Part shown: piece after piece, positions 24,836-35,998 of the stretch | Layout of the letters: each line of letters opens with the position of its first letter | Position numbering within the stretch: the stretch's first letter is position 1 | From: Craspedostauros australis | Lineage: Eukaryota | Assembly (NCBI GenBank): GCA_030167865.1 | Contig: JALAGF010005615.1 | Coordinates: 1-43,392, forward strand | Length of the DNA stretch: 43,392 bases | Direction of reading: 5' to 3' | The notes under the pieces: generated by a model | The model's input: only the letters and a program-made list of their open reading frames with translations | Databases searched by the model: none | What the model was told of the DNA's origin: nothing | Translations under genes and position numbers: made by a program

Positions 24836-25965
24836 GTTGATGTGAGTGTTGCGTTTGCTACGACGATAGAGGAGATCCCTTGTTCCTCCGTGATTGTGTT
24901 TGGCTTTGGATTGGCTTGATGATGGCTTTGGAGATCAATTTGTGATCACCTTCGGTCGACTTGTGATTGATTGAGTGTGGTGAGATGAGATGAGATGTGC
25001 AGACTACGTTCGTTCGTTCATTCGTTCTCTTCCACGTGGGCTGATCTCGCTCGACAGTTGTGGGTGGAGATGCTGGGACTGATGCTGATGCTGATGTGAA
25101 CAGTGGAGGTGCTGAGGATGACGCGTTTAGCGTTCGTTGTGATTGGTTTCAGATCGGGTCCGATTTCTTTTGCCCTCTCTTGGGCTGCTCCAGCGCAGAT
25201 GCGTGTACACGATTGCTGCCACTCGGTTGGGTATTGCTGACAACGCAACAATTTCGGAGAGGATCTTTCGATGTCCACGGTTCGGATGTGGATGGCAGCC
25301 GTGTGTTGTTGTCACAAGTGTTCGTTGGTTGTGATGTGTTTGGTGAGTCGTCTCAAGATCTTGTTGATCATGCCATCCATGACTGGAATTACCACGTGGA
25401 AAAAACTGGAGGCCACTTGTGTCGTTTGGTCGTTTGTCAAGTCTACAGAAGCACAACCACCTAATTCAGACAAATGTGAAGTTTGACTGGTACGATCACA
25501 AAGGGTATCCACGCTCACGACAAGACATCATTGGGGCATCGTGTCTTGTACGATCGGAACGATCGATCCCTCCACCGTGCCAACTCAACAAACACGCTGC
25601 CACACCCACGCTCATGAAGACCCGCGCTTGTGCGACGTCCCTCCGCCCAGAGCAGAACACATCGCATCAGATCGTGTTGCACAACACACGATCTTATCAT
25701 TTCTTGTTGACAACGCTTCATGATGGTACCATGTCATGCAATCACCATGCCATGCCCATCCTTCCCACACGCTTTGCATATCGATTCGCAGTCTCGTGGT
25801 GGACAGGTTGATGGTCTGCGGTGATCTGTGATGTGGCGTCTTTGCAACGATCTCCTTCCATCATCTCTCACAACTTTCGAAAACCCCAAATCGCAAACGC
25901 ACAGAAACCGTCTGCACAGAGCGAAAGCAAGAACAAACACAAACACAAACACAAACACAAGAACG

Positions 25966-26777
25966 ATGGAGGACGCAGCAACAACGACAACAGGCGCAAA
26001 CGCCAATGCCAACGACAACGACGACGTCAAGAAGCCTACCATGCTCAAGCTCCGGGCCAAGGACGGCGAGATCCTCGAGATTGACGCGAACGCTGCCAAG
26101 CTCTCCACTGTCCTGAGCGATGCGATGGAGAGTGGCGACGATGCGATCGATTGCATCGATGTCCCACGCGTCACCTCGAGAAGTCTCAAGAACGACATCG
26201 CCTTTCTGGAGATGTACAACAAGACACCGATGACGGAGATCAAAACGCCATTTCCCGGAAAGACTTTCGAGGATGTAAGTTGCGCAAGGATGCAAGGCAT
26301 GCTGCAATGTAGCAGCCTCGTACGATGCACTCGATGGTGCCTTCTCGGTTGATACTTTCGCTTGCTTTTGGCTTGACTTGATCTCACGGTTTCTGCCTTC
26401 GTCTCTCTTGCCTGATGTGCTCCGCGTATAACGATGTCAATATTCAAACTGACTGGCGCACCCAATCCAACATTGTCGATCTTGCCCCGTGCTCCTGATG
26501 TTTCACGCCGCATCTCCCACAGGTCGTGCCGCAGAAAGAGTACAGCGATTTTGTAAACAAGGAAAACTTGAGCGATGAGATGCTCTTCGAGCTCATCTCG
26601 GACGCGAACTTCCTTGGGATTGAGGAGCTCCTTCGCTTGGTGATTTGCAAGATCACATTCATCCTTCAAGCCATGAATCCTGAGGAGATGAGACAGTATC
26701 TGCACCTGCCAAAGATGACGAAGGAAGAAGAGGCCCGGGCTCGCGAGGAGCATGACTGGATGTATGCCGATGATTAG
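25966..26777 (+). CDS. Skp1-like protein, copy A (more divergent); exons 25966-26274, 26523-26777
   Basis: POZ start LKLRAKDGEILEI, IDVPRV, and LFELISDANFLGIEELLRL...PEEMRQYL...EEEARAREEHDW. Confidence 0.85.
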
Positions 26778-27906
26778 GGACGGATTGCTCCGGAACAGAA
26801 CAGAACAAAACCAAACACAGCATAACAGGACAGGACCGAATAGAATGCATCATCCCGTACATTGCGACTGTGGGTGTTCTGATTTGACGACAAGTGATGC
26901 CTGCATAGGAATGGGTTACTCTCCTACTCTGCTCTATCCTGTCTATCAGTTCTTGTGTATCGCATTCCCACCAGATACGAGTCACATGCAAGTCGTACTT
27001 CACAGAAGACCAATGCTGGCAGAACACACGTACGTAGCAAATCAGCATTTGTTTGGACTCTACTCGACTCTCTGCCAAGAGCCTACCGACAACAACAGAT
27101 GATCCTTAAGTACCAGTGCCAAAGAGTTGCGGAGAGCCGAGTGCAGCAAAGCGCGAGGGCAGGAGAAAAGATTGAAGTAGAATATATTAGGTCGCAGAGT
27201 ACAGAAGCTAGTGAAAAATTAGACTTACTCTCTCTCTCTCTCTCCAGAGAGAGACAGTACGGACAGTGGAGCCAGCGCGTGCTGACGCCGATGCATGTGA
27301 GGTCGGAGTCTTTGCGCCCACGCCACGGGCTCCTACAAGCTGGAGAGGGCGAATCCGCGATCGAGGATGGTCTCCTGTACGCACGATGATACGAGTACTA
27401 TGTAGTACAAGCCATACTGCACCACACTATGATGCATCGTGGACAAATCGTGTCCGCAGGCACACTACTTACAATCGTGGGCTACTCGAAGAGACTAGTC
27501 GTACCATGCTGCGTCAAACGTGTGCGACTGAATGAATCACGACACAACGGCATCAAGTTCTCTTTTGTCGATGTTTGTTTCGCGAGGTCGATGCGGGGTC
27601 CATGGAGTCGAGAAGCAGGCGGCGCGAAACAGATCTCGTTTCTGTCGCTGCTTTCGTCGCTGGAACGTGTGCTGGTCGCACGGCACGAGATGGAGGGAGA
27701 GGCCCCTTGTGACTGGCATGGAAGCGTCGCGGTTCTTCGCGAGTCCCCCTCTCTCTTCTCGATGGTCGCACGCGACGCGAACCAGCAAACATGGACATCA
27801 ACATCCGCACACCTTCCTTTGGTGAGACGATCTCATAGTTCGACGACTCCTGTCACAACAAACCTCAACCTCAGCCCCACGCAACACACATTACACATAC
27901 CACACA

Positions 27907-28775
27907 ATGGACGACGACGACAACCGCATCGTGAAGCTGACGAGCAAGGACGGCAAGGACTTCGAAATCACAGCGAAGGCCGCGCAGCTCTCTGATTTGG
28001 CCAAGGACACGCTGGAGGGGTCGGACAAGGTGGATGTCGACATCCTGCGAGTGGACTCCAGCTGCCTGGAGATGGTCATAGAGTTCTTGAAGCACCACGA
28101 CATCGAGGCCATGAAGGAGATCGGCACGCCATTGAAGGGATCCACATTTGAGGAGGTAAGCGCGAATTGCAGCACATCCGTGCCAAGAAAGACCAAACAC
28201 CCAAATCAAATCAAAGGATGTCAACCAACAAATCAAGCAAAGAAAAGAACAGGCGAAACAGAACCCCTTCTCTCGACAAACTTCTTTCTCTGTTTGCCTC
28301 AGCGCGAGAGAAACCAGTTCAACGATTCTCGTTCCATCTCCGTTTCGCAGTTTTCACACGACAGCCAAACCATCTTTGCCGCTCATCATGGCCGTCCCTC
28401 ACACGCCTTCGCCTGTCTCCCGTTGCTATGCTTGTACTCCTCGACACTGCACTGTGCCACACTGCGCTGTGCTCTACGGCGATGTGACACGCTCCGCCGC
28501 ATTCGCTCTTCCAATACTAGATCATGGACCAAGCATGGTACCAGAACTTCGTCAGCGATGAATCCATCAGTCGCGAGATGCTGTTCGAGCTGCTGACAGC
28601 GGCCAACTACATGGGAATCAAGCCTTTGTTGGACCTCGTCTGCCTCAAGATCACCTTCCAGCTCACAGGGAAGAGCGCAGAAGAGATCCGCACAATTCTC
28701 AACCTCCCAGAAATGACGCCGGAAGAGGAGGATCGCGCCAAGAAGGAACACAAGTGGATATTTGAGGACAACTAG
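27907..28775 (+). CDS. SKP1: Skp1-like protein, copy B; exons 27907-28155, 28521-28775
   Basis: VKLTSKDGKDFEI, VIEFLKHH, and LFELLTAANYMGIKPLLDLVC...GKSAEEIR...MTPEEE...EHKW. Same intron position as copy A. Confidence 0.9.
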
Positions 28776-30043
28776 AGTAGAGCTGGTCAATCGCACATCG
28801 TCGCAACCATTCGCAAGACCATCGAAACACGCATCCACGCAAGCGCAGAATTTGTTGGAGTGTTCTGGCCCATGCCGCACGCGTACTTTGTGCAATTGCG
28901 TGCATCAAAAGAGCAGCCACAGGAGTACAAGCACCATGCAATATCTGTGTCATCCTCTCCAATTCATACCTTCGTACATGTGCGTCCCTGCGACCATGTC
29001 CAAACCCGACACCAACGCTCGGTCAAATTGCTTGCAGAGGAAATCAACATATCCCAAGCGAGGCAGGAGATCGAACACTCTACCAGCATACAACATGCAC
29101 CAGTTTTCGCCCGCCGAAACACTTCCCAGCACTTTTCTTGCAGCAGGGTTGACGACTACATTTGTGTCGGCACAGCATCCAATCTGAATTGTACCACAAC
29201 AGCACAACCACCAACACAATATCCATGAGGAAATTGATGAGAAGAGATTCGAGGAAGCACAACGCCAATTGTGCAAGCCTCTCAATGAAGCACATCGACT
29301 ATCCTCGCCCTCTATCTACTCTAAATACAAAACATTCTTTGGAGAACTACATCAGCCATCTCGACGACCACCTGCTCGCTCAGCATGTGCATGTACTAGT
29401 GCGTGTGCATGAATGTTGCTCCAACTGCACAGTATTGTTGGCGGGAGATGGTTGAGTGTAGCCTTAGTTTCCTTGTGGCATGTCTATCGCATTACGAATA
29501 AGGACATGACATAGGAGCATGTGATATCGCGCATCCTTGTGTATCGCATACGTTGCCGCAATGCTGCACTACAATGGTGGCCTTGTCCAGATGCAAACAC
29601 GAGGAGCGTTGCAGCCCTTTACCTTTTCTGCGGAACCGTGGCACGCAAACTCGTCGCCATGTTCGGTGTCGTTCGTTCCGTTTCTTGAGCGCGTTTTGGC
29701 ATTTCTGACCATTTGTGACTCCCACGATTCAACCATTCAACAACAAACAAACAACGGCAACAAAAGCAAAGCAAAGCCAAGAGACAAGACACAGATCAAG
29801 AGACAAGACACAGAACAAGCTCCCCAACAACTTCCCTTGATCCGCGAAGCGTCTGCTTGTGCTTGTACCCGTCTCCACATCGTCAATCCAATCCGATCAA
29901 AGCCAATCCAAGTCAAGTCAAGGTAACAAGTCCAAGAGCATTCTGGCCAAGCAACCACATCCGGTGGAACAGAAGACAGCAACCTTTAGCAGCATAGAGT
30001 AGAGCTCCATCACACTCCGAATAGACCAGAAAATATCTTGATC

Positions 30044-30970
30044 ATGGGACCAAATGAGGATCTTCCCACGCTGATCCAGCGCAAGGATCACCTGGAGGTG
30101 CTGCGGTACCTGCGCGCGCATCAGCTCCGCCAGCCCGAGCTCGCCATCGAGCACGGCAAGGCCTTGCTGGGTGACCACCTGACCAAATCCCCCACCAACG
30201 AATCGTCGCGCTTGGCGGTGCTCGAGCAGATCTGCCTCGCCGCGCTGGATGTGGCCGATCACGACCTCGCGGAGGTCTGCATGAAACGTCTCGGTCTGGT
30301 CATCGGAAACGAATCCGTGCGCTTCCGCCGTCTCCTCGGCCGGTGCCTCGAGGCGTCGGGCGACCTGGAAGGCGCCGAGCGCATTTACGATGCCCTGCTG
30401 AACGACAACCCGGCCAATCTGGTCGCCTTGCAACGCAAGTACTGCATCGAGCGCGCGCGCAGCAAGGACGCCGCTGTCATCGCATCCGCCTTGAACGACT
30501 ACCTGGCTCAGAACATGTCCGACGTTAGCGCATGGTACGAGATGGCGACATTGCGCAAGTCGCTGGGCGATTTCAAGGGGGCGGCGTACGCATTGGAGCA
30601 GGTGACGCTGGGCAACCCGCTGGAGGCCTCCATCCACGTCGAACTCGCAGAGGCCTACGCGACCTACGGCGGGTTGGAGGAGCTGTCTTTGGCACGCAAG
30701 CACATGGCGCAGGCATTGGAGCTGGATGCCTCCAACCGACGGGCCATGTTCGGGCTGATAAGCACTTCCAACCAGTTCCTCGAATTGTCGAGAGGCAGCA
30801 GCAAGAAGAAAATGGACGACGTAACAGCCGAAGAGGCAGAGCACAGCCAATTAGTCGCCAAGGAACTCATCAAGTACGGTGCGGAGAAGCTGACGAAGGC
30901 GTACAAGGGAACCGATCTGTTCGCGGCGGTGCAGGCCGTCCTGCAGGATTACACAGACAACGATTCATAG
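30044..30970 (+). CDS. EMC2: ER membrane protein complex subunit 2 (TPR protein)
   Basis: VLEQICLAALD, SVRFRRLLGRCLEASG, ALNDYL..NMSDVSAWYEMA, AAYALEQV and ARKHMAQALEL...N.RAMFGL; single exon. Confidence 0.88.
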   Translation: MGPNEDLPTLIQRKDHLEVLRYLRAHQLRQPELAIEHGKALLGDHLTKSPTNESSRLAVLEQICLAALDVADHDLAEVCMKRLGLVIGNESVRFRRLLGRCLEASGDLEGAERIYDALLNDNPANLVALQRKYCIERARSKDAAVIASALNDYLAQNMSDVSAWYEMATLRKSLGDFKGAAYALEQVTLGNPLEASIHVELAEAYATYGGLEELSLARKHMAQALELDASNRRAMFGLISTSNQFLELSRGSSKKKMDDVTAEEAEHSQLVAKELIKYGAEKLTKAYKGTDLFAAVQAVLQDYTDNDS

Positions 30971-31547
30971 ATCCGTACTCTACCGCATACGTACGAGAAA
31001 AGCGCCAACGCTTTGTCGCAATCGTTTTTCCATCATCAGTTTCCTTCTACTTACAGTATTTCTCTCTCGTAGTGTACATAGGATGCTAGGCGTCATGGAT
31101 ATTGTCTTCTCTCTCTCTCTCTCTCTCTGGAGAGAAGGAGAGAAATCACATCCAACAATTGTCCTCCAGAGGCAAGTCTCCAATCACGGCGCAAGTAGTC
31201 GTATCAAGTGCTGTTTCTCTACGGACAATTCGTCGTCTAGTTCGCTTGAATTTGATTCGGTAGACTGAGGAATCAGTATTCAAATTGCGATCGAATGAGT
31301 CAAACAACACAATGCGCGCCAAAACTGAACCACACGAAACTTACGGCGCTGGTCTCGCCAAAACCGTTCGTTCTGTGTTTTCGTTGTTGTTTGCTTTGCG
31401 TCGTCCTCACACAGAACTCACAAATTGTGCAACCAACCCTGTCTGTGCTCGTGTCTCTCCCTCTGCCTCTTGCGGAAGCAACGCTACATCACTCAACGCA
31501 CACACGTATCTCACATCAATACACAAGAGCAATCCTGCAATCTCGAC

Positions 31548-32510
31548 ATGGCAGATTTCGAGAATCTCCTTGATGGCCTCCAAGAGCCTGACATTGCCAA
31601 CAATGACAATGACAATGACAACGGCGATAGCATTGACGATCTGAACGACGACGGGAACGAGGGAGAGCAACGACAGCAACAGGAAGATGGTGATCAACCA
31701 CAACCACAAATACAACGGGGAATGGGCGCAGCGGACGCGGCAGGCGCAACGAATCAAGGCCAGGAATGGGAGGTGGCTGCAGATCCGGCTGAAGTGCCAG
31801 ACATCCTGCGACAAACCCAAAACGCCCACTTCGACGATGACATGGATGGCAACAGCGAGAACATGAACATGACCGACACCGGCGATGGGGCGTTCTTCGA
31901 TCTCGACAAGAGCGATGCACACAAACGCGCTGCGGACGTCGTCGTGAACCAACTGTACGATCAGCTGCACACCATGTGGCAGCAGGAACATTTGTGTCCC
32001 GAATTGCTGGCTTACGAGGAGACGATGGTGCAGGACACGCAGCGGCAGCTGGAGCAGCAGCAGGATCTGGTGGATGAGCTGGACGCCTCATCGCAGCCGG
32101 CGGATGCCGTCATGTCCAGCATCGTGCAGCTCGATCATGATCGTACCAAGTTCGTGCTGAGTGATCTGCTGTCGTCGCGACTGTCCAAGATCGAGGAGCA
32201 TCCGCTGTACATGAGAGAACGGGTGGACCGCATGAGCGATGCGGAGCTGGCGTACTTGCAGAAGTACGGCGAGCTGATGTCGCATCACCTGGATCAGACT
32301 GTGCTGGATCATCTGCCGACAGCATGGCAGCGCCTGGATGAGGATAACATGATCGATCGGCCCCGGCGCGATGTGTACCATTTCTGGTACGTGCGGGAGA
32401 CCATCGAGACGGATGACGGGACAGAAAACGAAAAGGGGACGACGATACTGGCCAAGTACGACAATCTGGAGAAGTACTTCACGGCTGGCAAGGTGGAGCT
32501 GCTGATGTAG
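31548..32510 (+). CDS. SLD5: GINS complex subunit Sld5 (GINS4) with acidic N-terminal extension
   Basis: WQQEHLCPELLAYE, DRTKFVLSDLLSSRLSKIEEHPLY, MIDRP and C-terminal GKVELL. Confidence 0.88.
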   Translation: MADFENLLDGLQEPDIANNDNDNDNGDSIDDLNDDGNEGEQRQQQEDGDQPQPQIQRGMGAADAAGATNQGQEWEVAADPAEVPDILRQTQNAHFDDDMDGNSENMNMTDTGDGAFFDLDKSDAHKRAADVVVNQLYDQLHTMWQQEHLCPELLAYEETMVQDTQRQLEQQQDLVDELDASSQPADAVMSSIVQLDHDRTKFVLSDLLSSRLSKIEEHPLYMRERVDRMSDAELAYLQKYGELMSHHLDQTVLDHLPTAWQRLDEDNMIDRPRRDVYHFWYVRETIETDDGTENEKGTTILAKYDNLEKYFTAGKVELLM

Positions 32511-33020
32511 GATTGGGCAGTGGAAGAGATGAAGTGGAGTAATAGAACTCTCTCTCCAGAGAGAGCACAGTCGACTGGAGAGTCTTTGCGGACAAGGACT
32601 TCGCTCTCTCACTCTCTCTGGAGAGAGCCCCACACTAACATCATGACAGTAGCAAGCACACATAGCTCCTGCCAAATTCGACAAAAACCATGCCCATGTG
32701 ATGGCATTGCATCGCAGTACTCGTAGAGTAGATCATTCTGTGTTCGCAATGGCATTGTGCGTTAAAATATACGGCCGCATGTCAACAGGAGTCAAGGTAT
32801 TTGCAATGCAACCAATTGCGTAGAGGAGCACAGTGCGGCAGGTCAAATTGTCTCGCTCTGGCTCTCCCTCTGTTTGTCTAAAAGTTGTGTATCATTTGTG
32901 CTCCTCCCGTCCAAGTGCCACGGTCGAAGTCTTGGAATTTCCTTGTGTGCAGGCAATGGAATGGATGCCGGGTCGTATCATACTCGTAGCTCGTACGAGT
33001 AGAACGATAGTATCCAACAT

Positions 33021-34954
33021 CTACAACTCGTCGCCGGTGGTGGAGGATGGGTCGCAAATACCGCAGCTTTTCTTGCAATGAATCTTCATGTACTTGGAAT
33101 TGCGTTCACATTCGTCGGTGTCCCATTTGACCCAGTCGTTGCAGCTGGCGGTGTAGTCCTTGCACTCGAGTTCCTTGGGTTGGAATGGGTACTTCTCCAT
33201 GTTCGGGGCGATCCAATATCCCTCCGTGCCAGGGCCGCTCCATTTGATGCTGTCCTGTGTTCGGCACCATTCGTTGGGGCATGATGGTTCCTTCATGCCT
33301 GTTCCCAGCATCTGCAGCGGGGTCTCGTTCTTTGTTGTGGGGCTTTGGTTCCAAATAGGAGGCACGGCGATGTTCTTCTCGAGGGTGTGGTCAGTTTCAG
33401 CCCAGCCCTCCTTGGGGTAGTAATGGACGAAGACGGAAGAATACCAGCTGCCGTTGAATTTGGATGGGCGTCCGTGGAAGCACTTGGATGATTCGTAGAA
33501 CAGAATGTCGCCGCTGGTCAGAACGACCTCGTGGGTTTCTGAAGATGAAAATGAATGGAATAGAGTTGGGTAAAGTCGGGTTGAGTTGAGTCCAAAAGTA
33601 GGCACAGCCGTGCATTGCCAAGGAATAGTACAGTGTGAAAAGGTGTGAAATGGAGTGTGAGCATGCGGTAGCATGAGAAAATTCAAATCGTGTAGATTCG
33701 GCCAGGGCAGAGCAGAGTGCTCCAGAAAAACTGCATCATAGCGATCTCCATCTCATCAGTCACTCGGCCAGTCATGGGGCCAGCGCCGTTAATTCCAACC
33801 GACGCAAGTATGGCAAGTGCATTTACAACACAACAACCCCCATGCACGAGCACGCAGAGGGAACTTACTGCCTTCGAAATCCTCAATAACGATCGGCCAA
33901 GGCTCGGCATCATCGGAAGAGTCGATGTGCAAGATGAAGCTGATGACGTGGGTTTGAGACTTGTCGATGTGCATGTGAAGGTTGGATTGGTTGCGGTACA
34001 GACGGAATCCGTAGGCACGGAAAGGAGTCAACTCCATTCCAGCCCACTCCTCTGGGAAGTGTTGCAGTTCATTGAGCACCTGATGAATGGTGTGGATATG
34101 AGGTGGACGAGATGGACGAATAGATGGATGAAGAAGGGACGGGTTCGGGTTGGAAAATGAATTGGAACGCAAAGGAGGAAGATGGCACCAAGTGAGCAGG
34201 GCAGCAAATAGAGGACTTTCGCATTCATGATGCTTGGATCTTGCAAACGAGAGGATGCGCGTTCGCTGCTGATGGCAGTTCTGCGATTGTTTCTGTCCAA
34301 GGCATGGATCGACAAATACATGAATGGCCGGGATAGCCATGAAAGCGGCCGCCTGAAGGAAAAATCAAGCAAGGCAATAGCATGCTCGGAATGGCACCAG
34401 CAGCTGGAAAGTGGCAATTGCGTCGCAGCAACCACAAGACGCGATGAACGAACGCAGGAGCGAACAAAAGGAACGATGCACCGGTATGGTGTTTGACGCA
34501 CTCTTTGGGTGAGATCGGGACGGTCGATGAACCATGGCTGCAGACCTTCAATGACCTCCACGTCGCCTTCGACGCCCGGTCCGTCCTCAACTCCCTTGCG
34601 GATTCCCTCGCGCAGGGCCTCCATGAGTTCATCAGGGGCTCTGGCCAAACCGAAGCCATGCTCGGTGAAGTTGGGCGCAACCACGGCGGCCTGGATGGTC
34701 TGCAGGTATCCCTCGTAGCGCTTGTTTTGGTTCTCAATCTCCTGCACCTGGCGCAAGCGACTCTCCATGAGCTGCTTCCATCCTTCGGTATCCGGGACGA
34801 ACTTCTGCACCGGCCAGGTGTAGTTGCGCTTGTGGTACTCCACCAGACGCTCCTCTTCGAACATGGCCTGAGCACCCGTTGGCATCAACGCCGATGCCAG
34901 CATGGCCATCAGACGGATCATCATGATCGCTCGTGCAATTGCTGTCACCTTCAT
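33021..34954 (-). CDS. ER-luminal 2OG-Fe(II) oxygenase-like protein with C-terminal ShKT domain; exons 34954-34502, 34079-33869, 33538-33021
   Basis: Signal peptide, HxD (MHID), distal His (GDILFYES..CFHGRP), six-Cys ShKT pattern CKD...C..W....C......M...CKKSCGIC, and C-terminal GDEL. Two GT-AG introns keep frame. Confidence 0.78.
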
Positions 34955-35527
34955 CTTTGCGTTGCTTGCTTGCTTGGTTGCTGAATTAATCGACTCGTTT
35001 TGTCCAGTCCGTCGCAACTATGGCAGTCAGTCGGTGATTTCGTTTGCCGCTGACTTGATCGTTGCTGTCGCTGTCGTTGTTGCTTCAGGGAATGCAGTTG
35101 CAAGTGCTTCTTGCGGAATGCGGCCTGCTCGTGGCAGCGTTTGGGCGGAAGGCGTTGAGGTGGTGGATGGAGCTGCTTCTCTCTTGTGTTGACCGCGTGT
35201 CTTTGGTGGTGTGTTGGTCGACGCAAACGCAAAGGCGCGTGACGATCAACGGTCATCCGAACCAAACCATCTGTTTGTGACTGTTGCGACTCGTCGGATT
35301 CAAATTAGAGTTCGCGATCGCGCCAAGACTGGCAGACGCGGATCGTGTGCGTTGCGTTGGTTGTGTGCAGACGCCACTTCGCATCCCTTCGCTGTCAGAG
35401 ACGAAGGCAGAGACAGGTGCGAGATCGAACGCAACAAGGCAGTGCAGATCAAACCAAACCAAACCAAACCAAACCCGACAAGAAAAGAAAAGAAGGACAC
35501 CACCTCCACATTGCGCACGACGAGAGG

Positions 35528-35998
35528 ATGGCTCCAATGGGATGGGAGGATTCGGACTCCGATTCGGATGGTTGGGGTGAAGCGGAGCTCGTCATTCCAC
35601 CTCGATCTGCAGCCAACGGCGAAGACGGGGATGGGAACAACAATGGCGAAGATGACGACGATTGGGCCGTCAAGGCGGAAGAAAAACCCAAACCCAAGGG
35701 GAATACTGCGACCAACGACAGCAAAGATGAAGGCAAACCGATGATCATTGTCGATGTGACTTCCATCGATGCCAACATCCACTCCAAGCATGATCGCAAC
35801 TCGGTAAATGATCCGGAGGCCGCCTCGAAGCTGCGCAAGAAGATCGAGCAGGAGTACAATCAGTACGCCAAGGATACCGCACTGATCGCATCGGGCACGG
35901 TCATTCCATGTGGCGCGTCCGTGTGGAGAGACGCGTTGTCTCGTCTGCGGGATGACAGACCGGGCCATTACTTCGTCCCCATCTTTCCACCGAAATAG
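35528..35998 (+). CDS. Hypothetical 156-aa protein with an acidic Trp-containing N-terminus and a globular C-terminal half
   Basis: ATG 35528 follows an A/C-rich leader. Coding-like C/G-ending codon usage resembles neighbouring genes. No family recognised. Confidence 0.65.
   Translation: MAPMGWEDSDSDSDGWGEAELVIPPRSAANGEDGDGNNNGEDDDDWAVKAEEKPKPKGNTATNDSKDEGKPMIIVDVTSIDANIHSKHDRNSVNDPEAASKLRKKIEQEYNQYAKDTALIASGTVIPCGASVWRDALSRLRDDRPGHYFVPIFPPK

Noticed and set aside
2343..34954. Clustered Skp1 hydroxylation/glycosylation pathway (GT77-like gene, Skp1 pair and 2OG oxygenase)
   Set aside because: Skp1 modification is cytosolic, whereas the glycosyltransferase has a type II membrane anchor and the oxygenase has a signal peptide plus DEL. 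The genes are also separated by unrelated loci.
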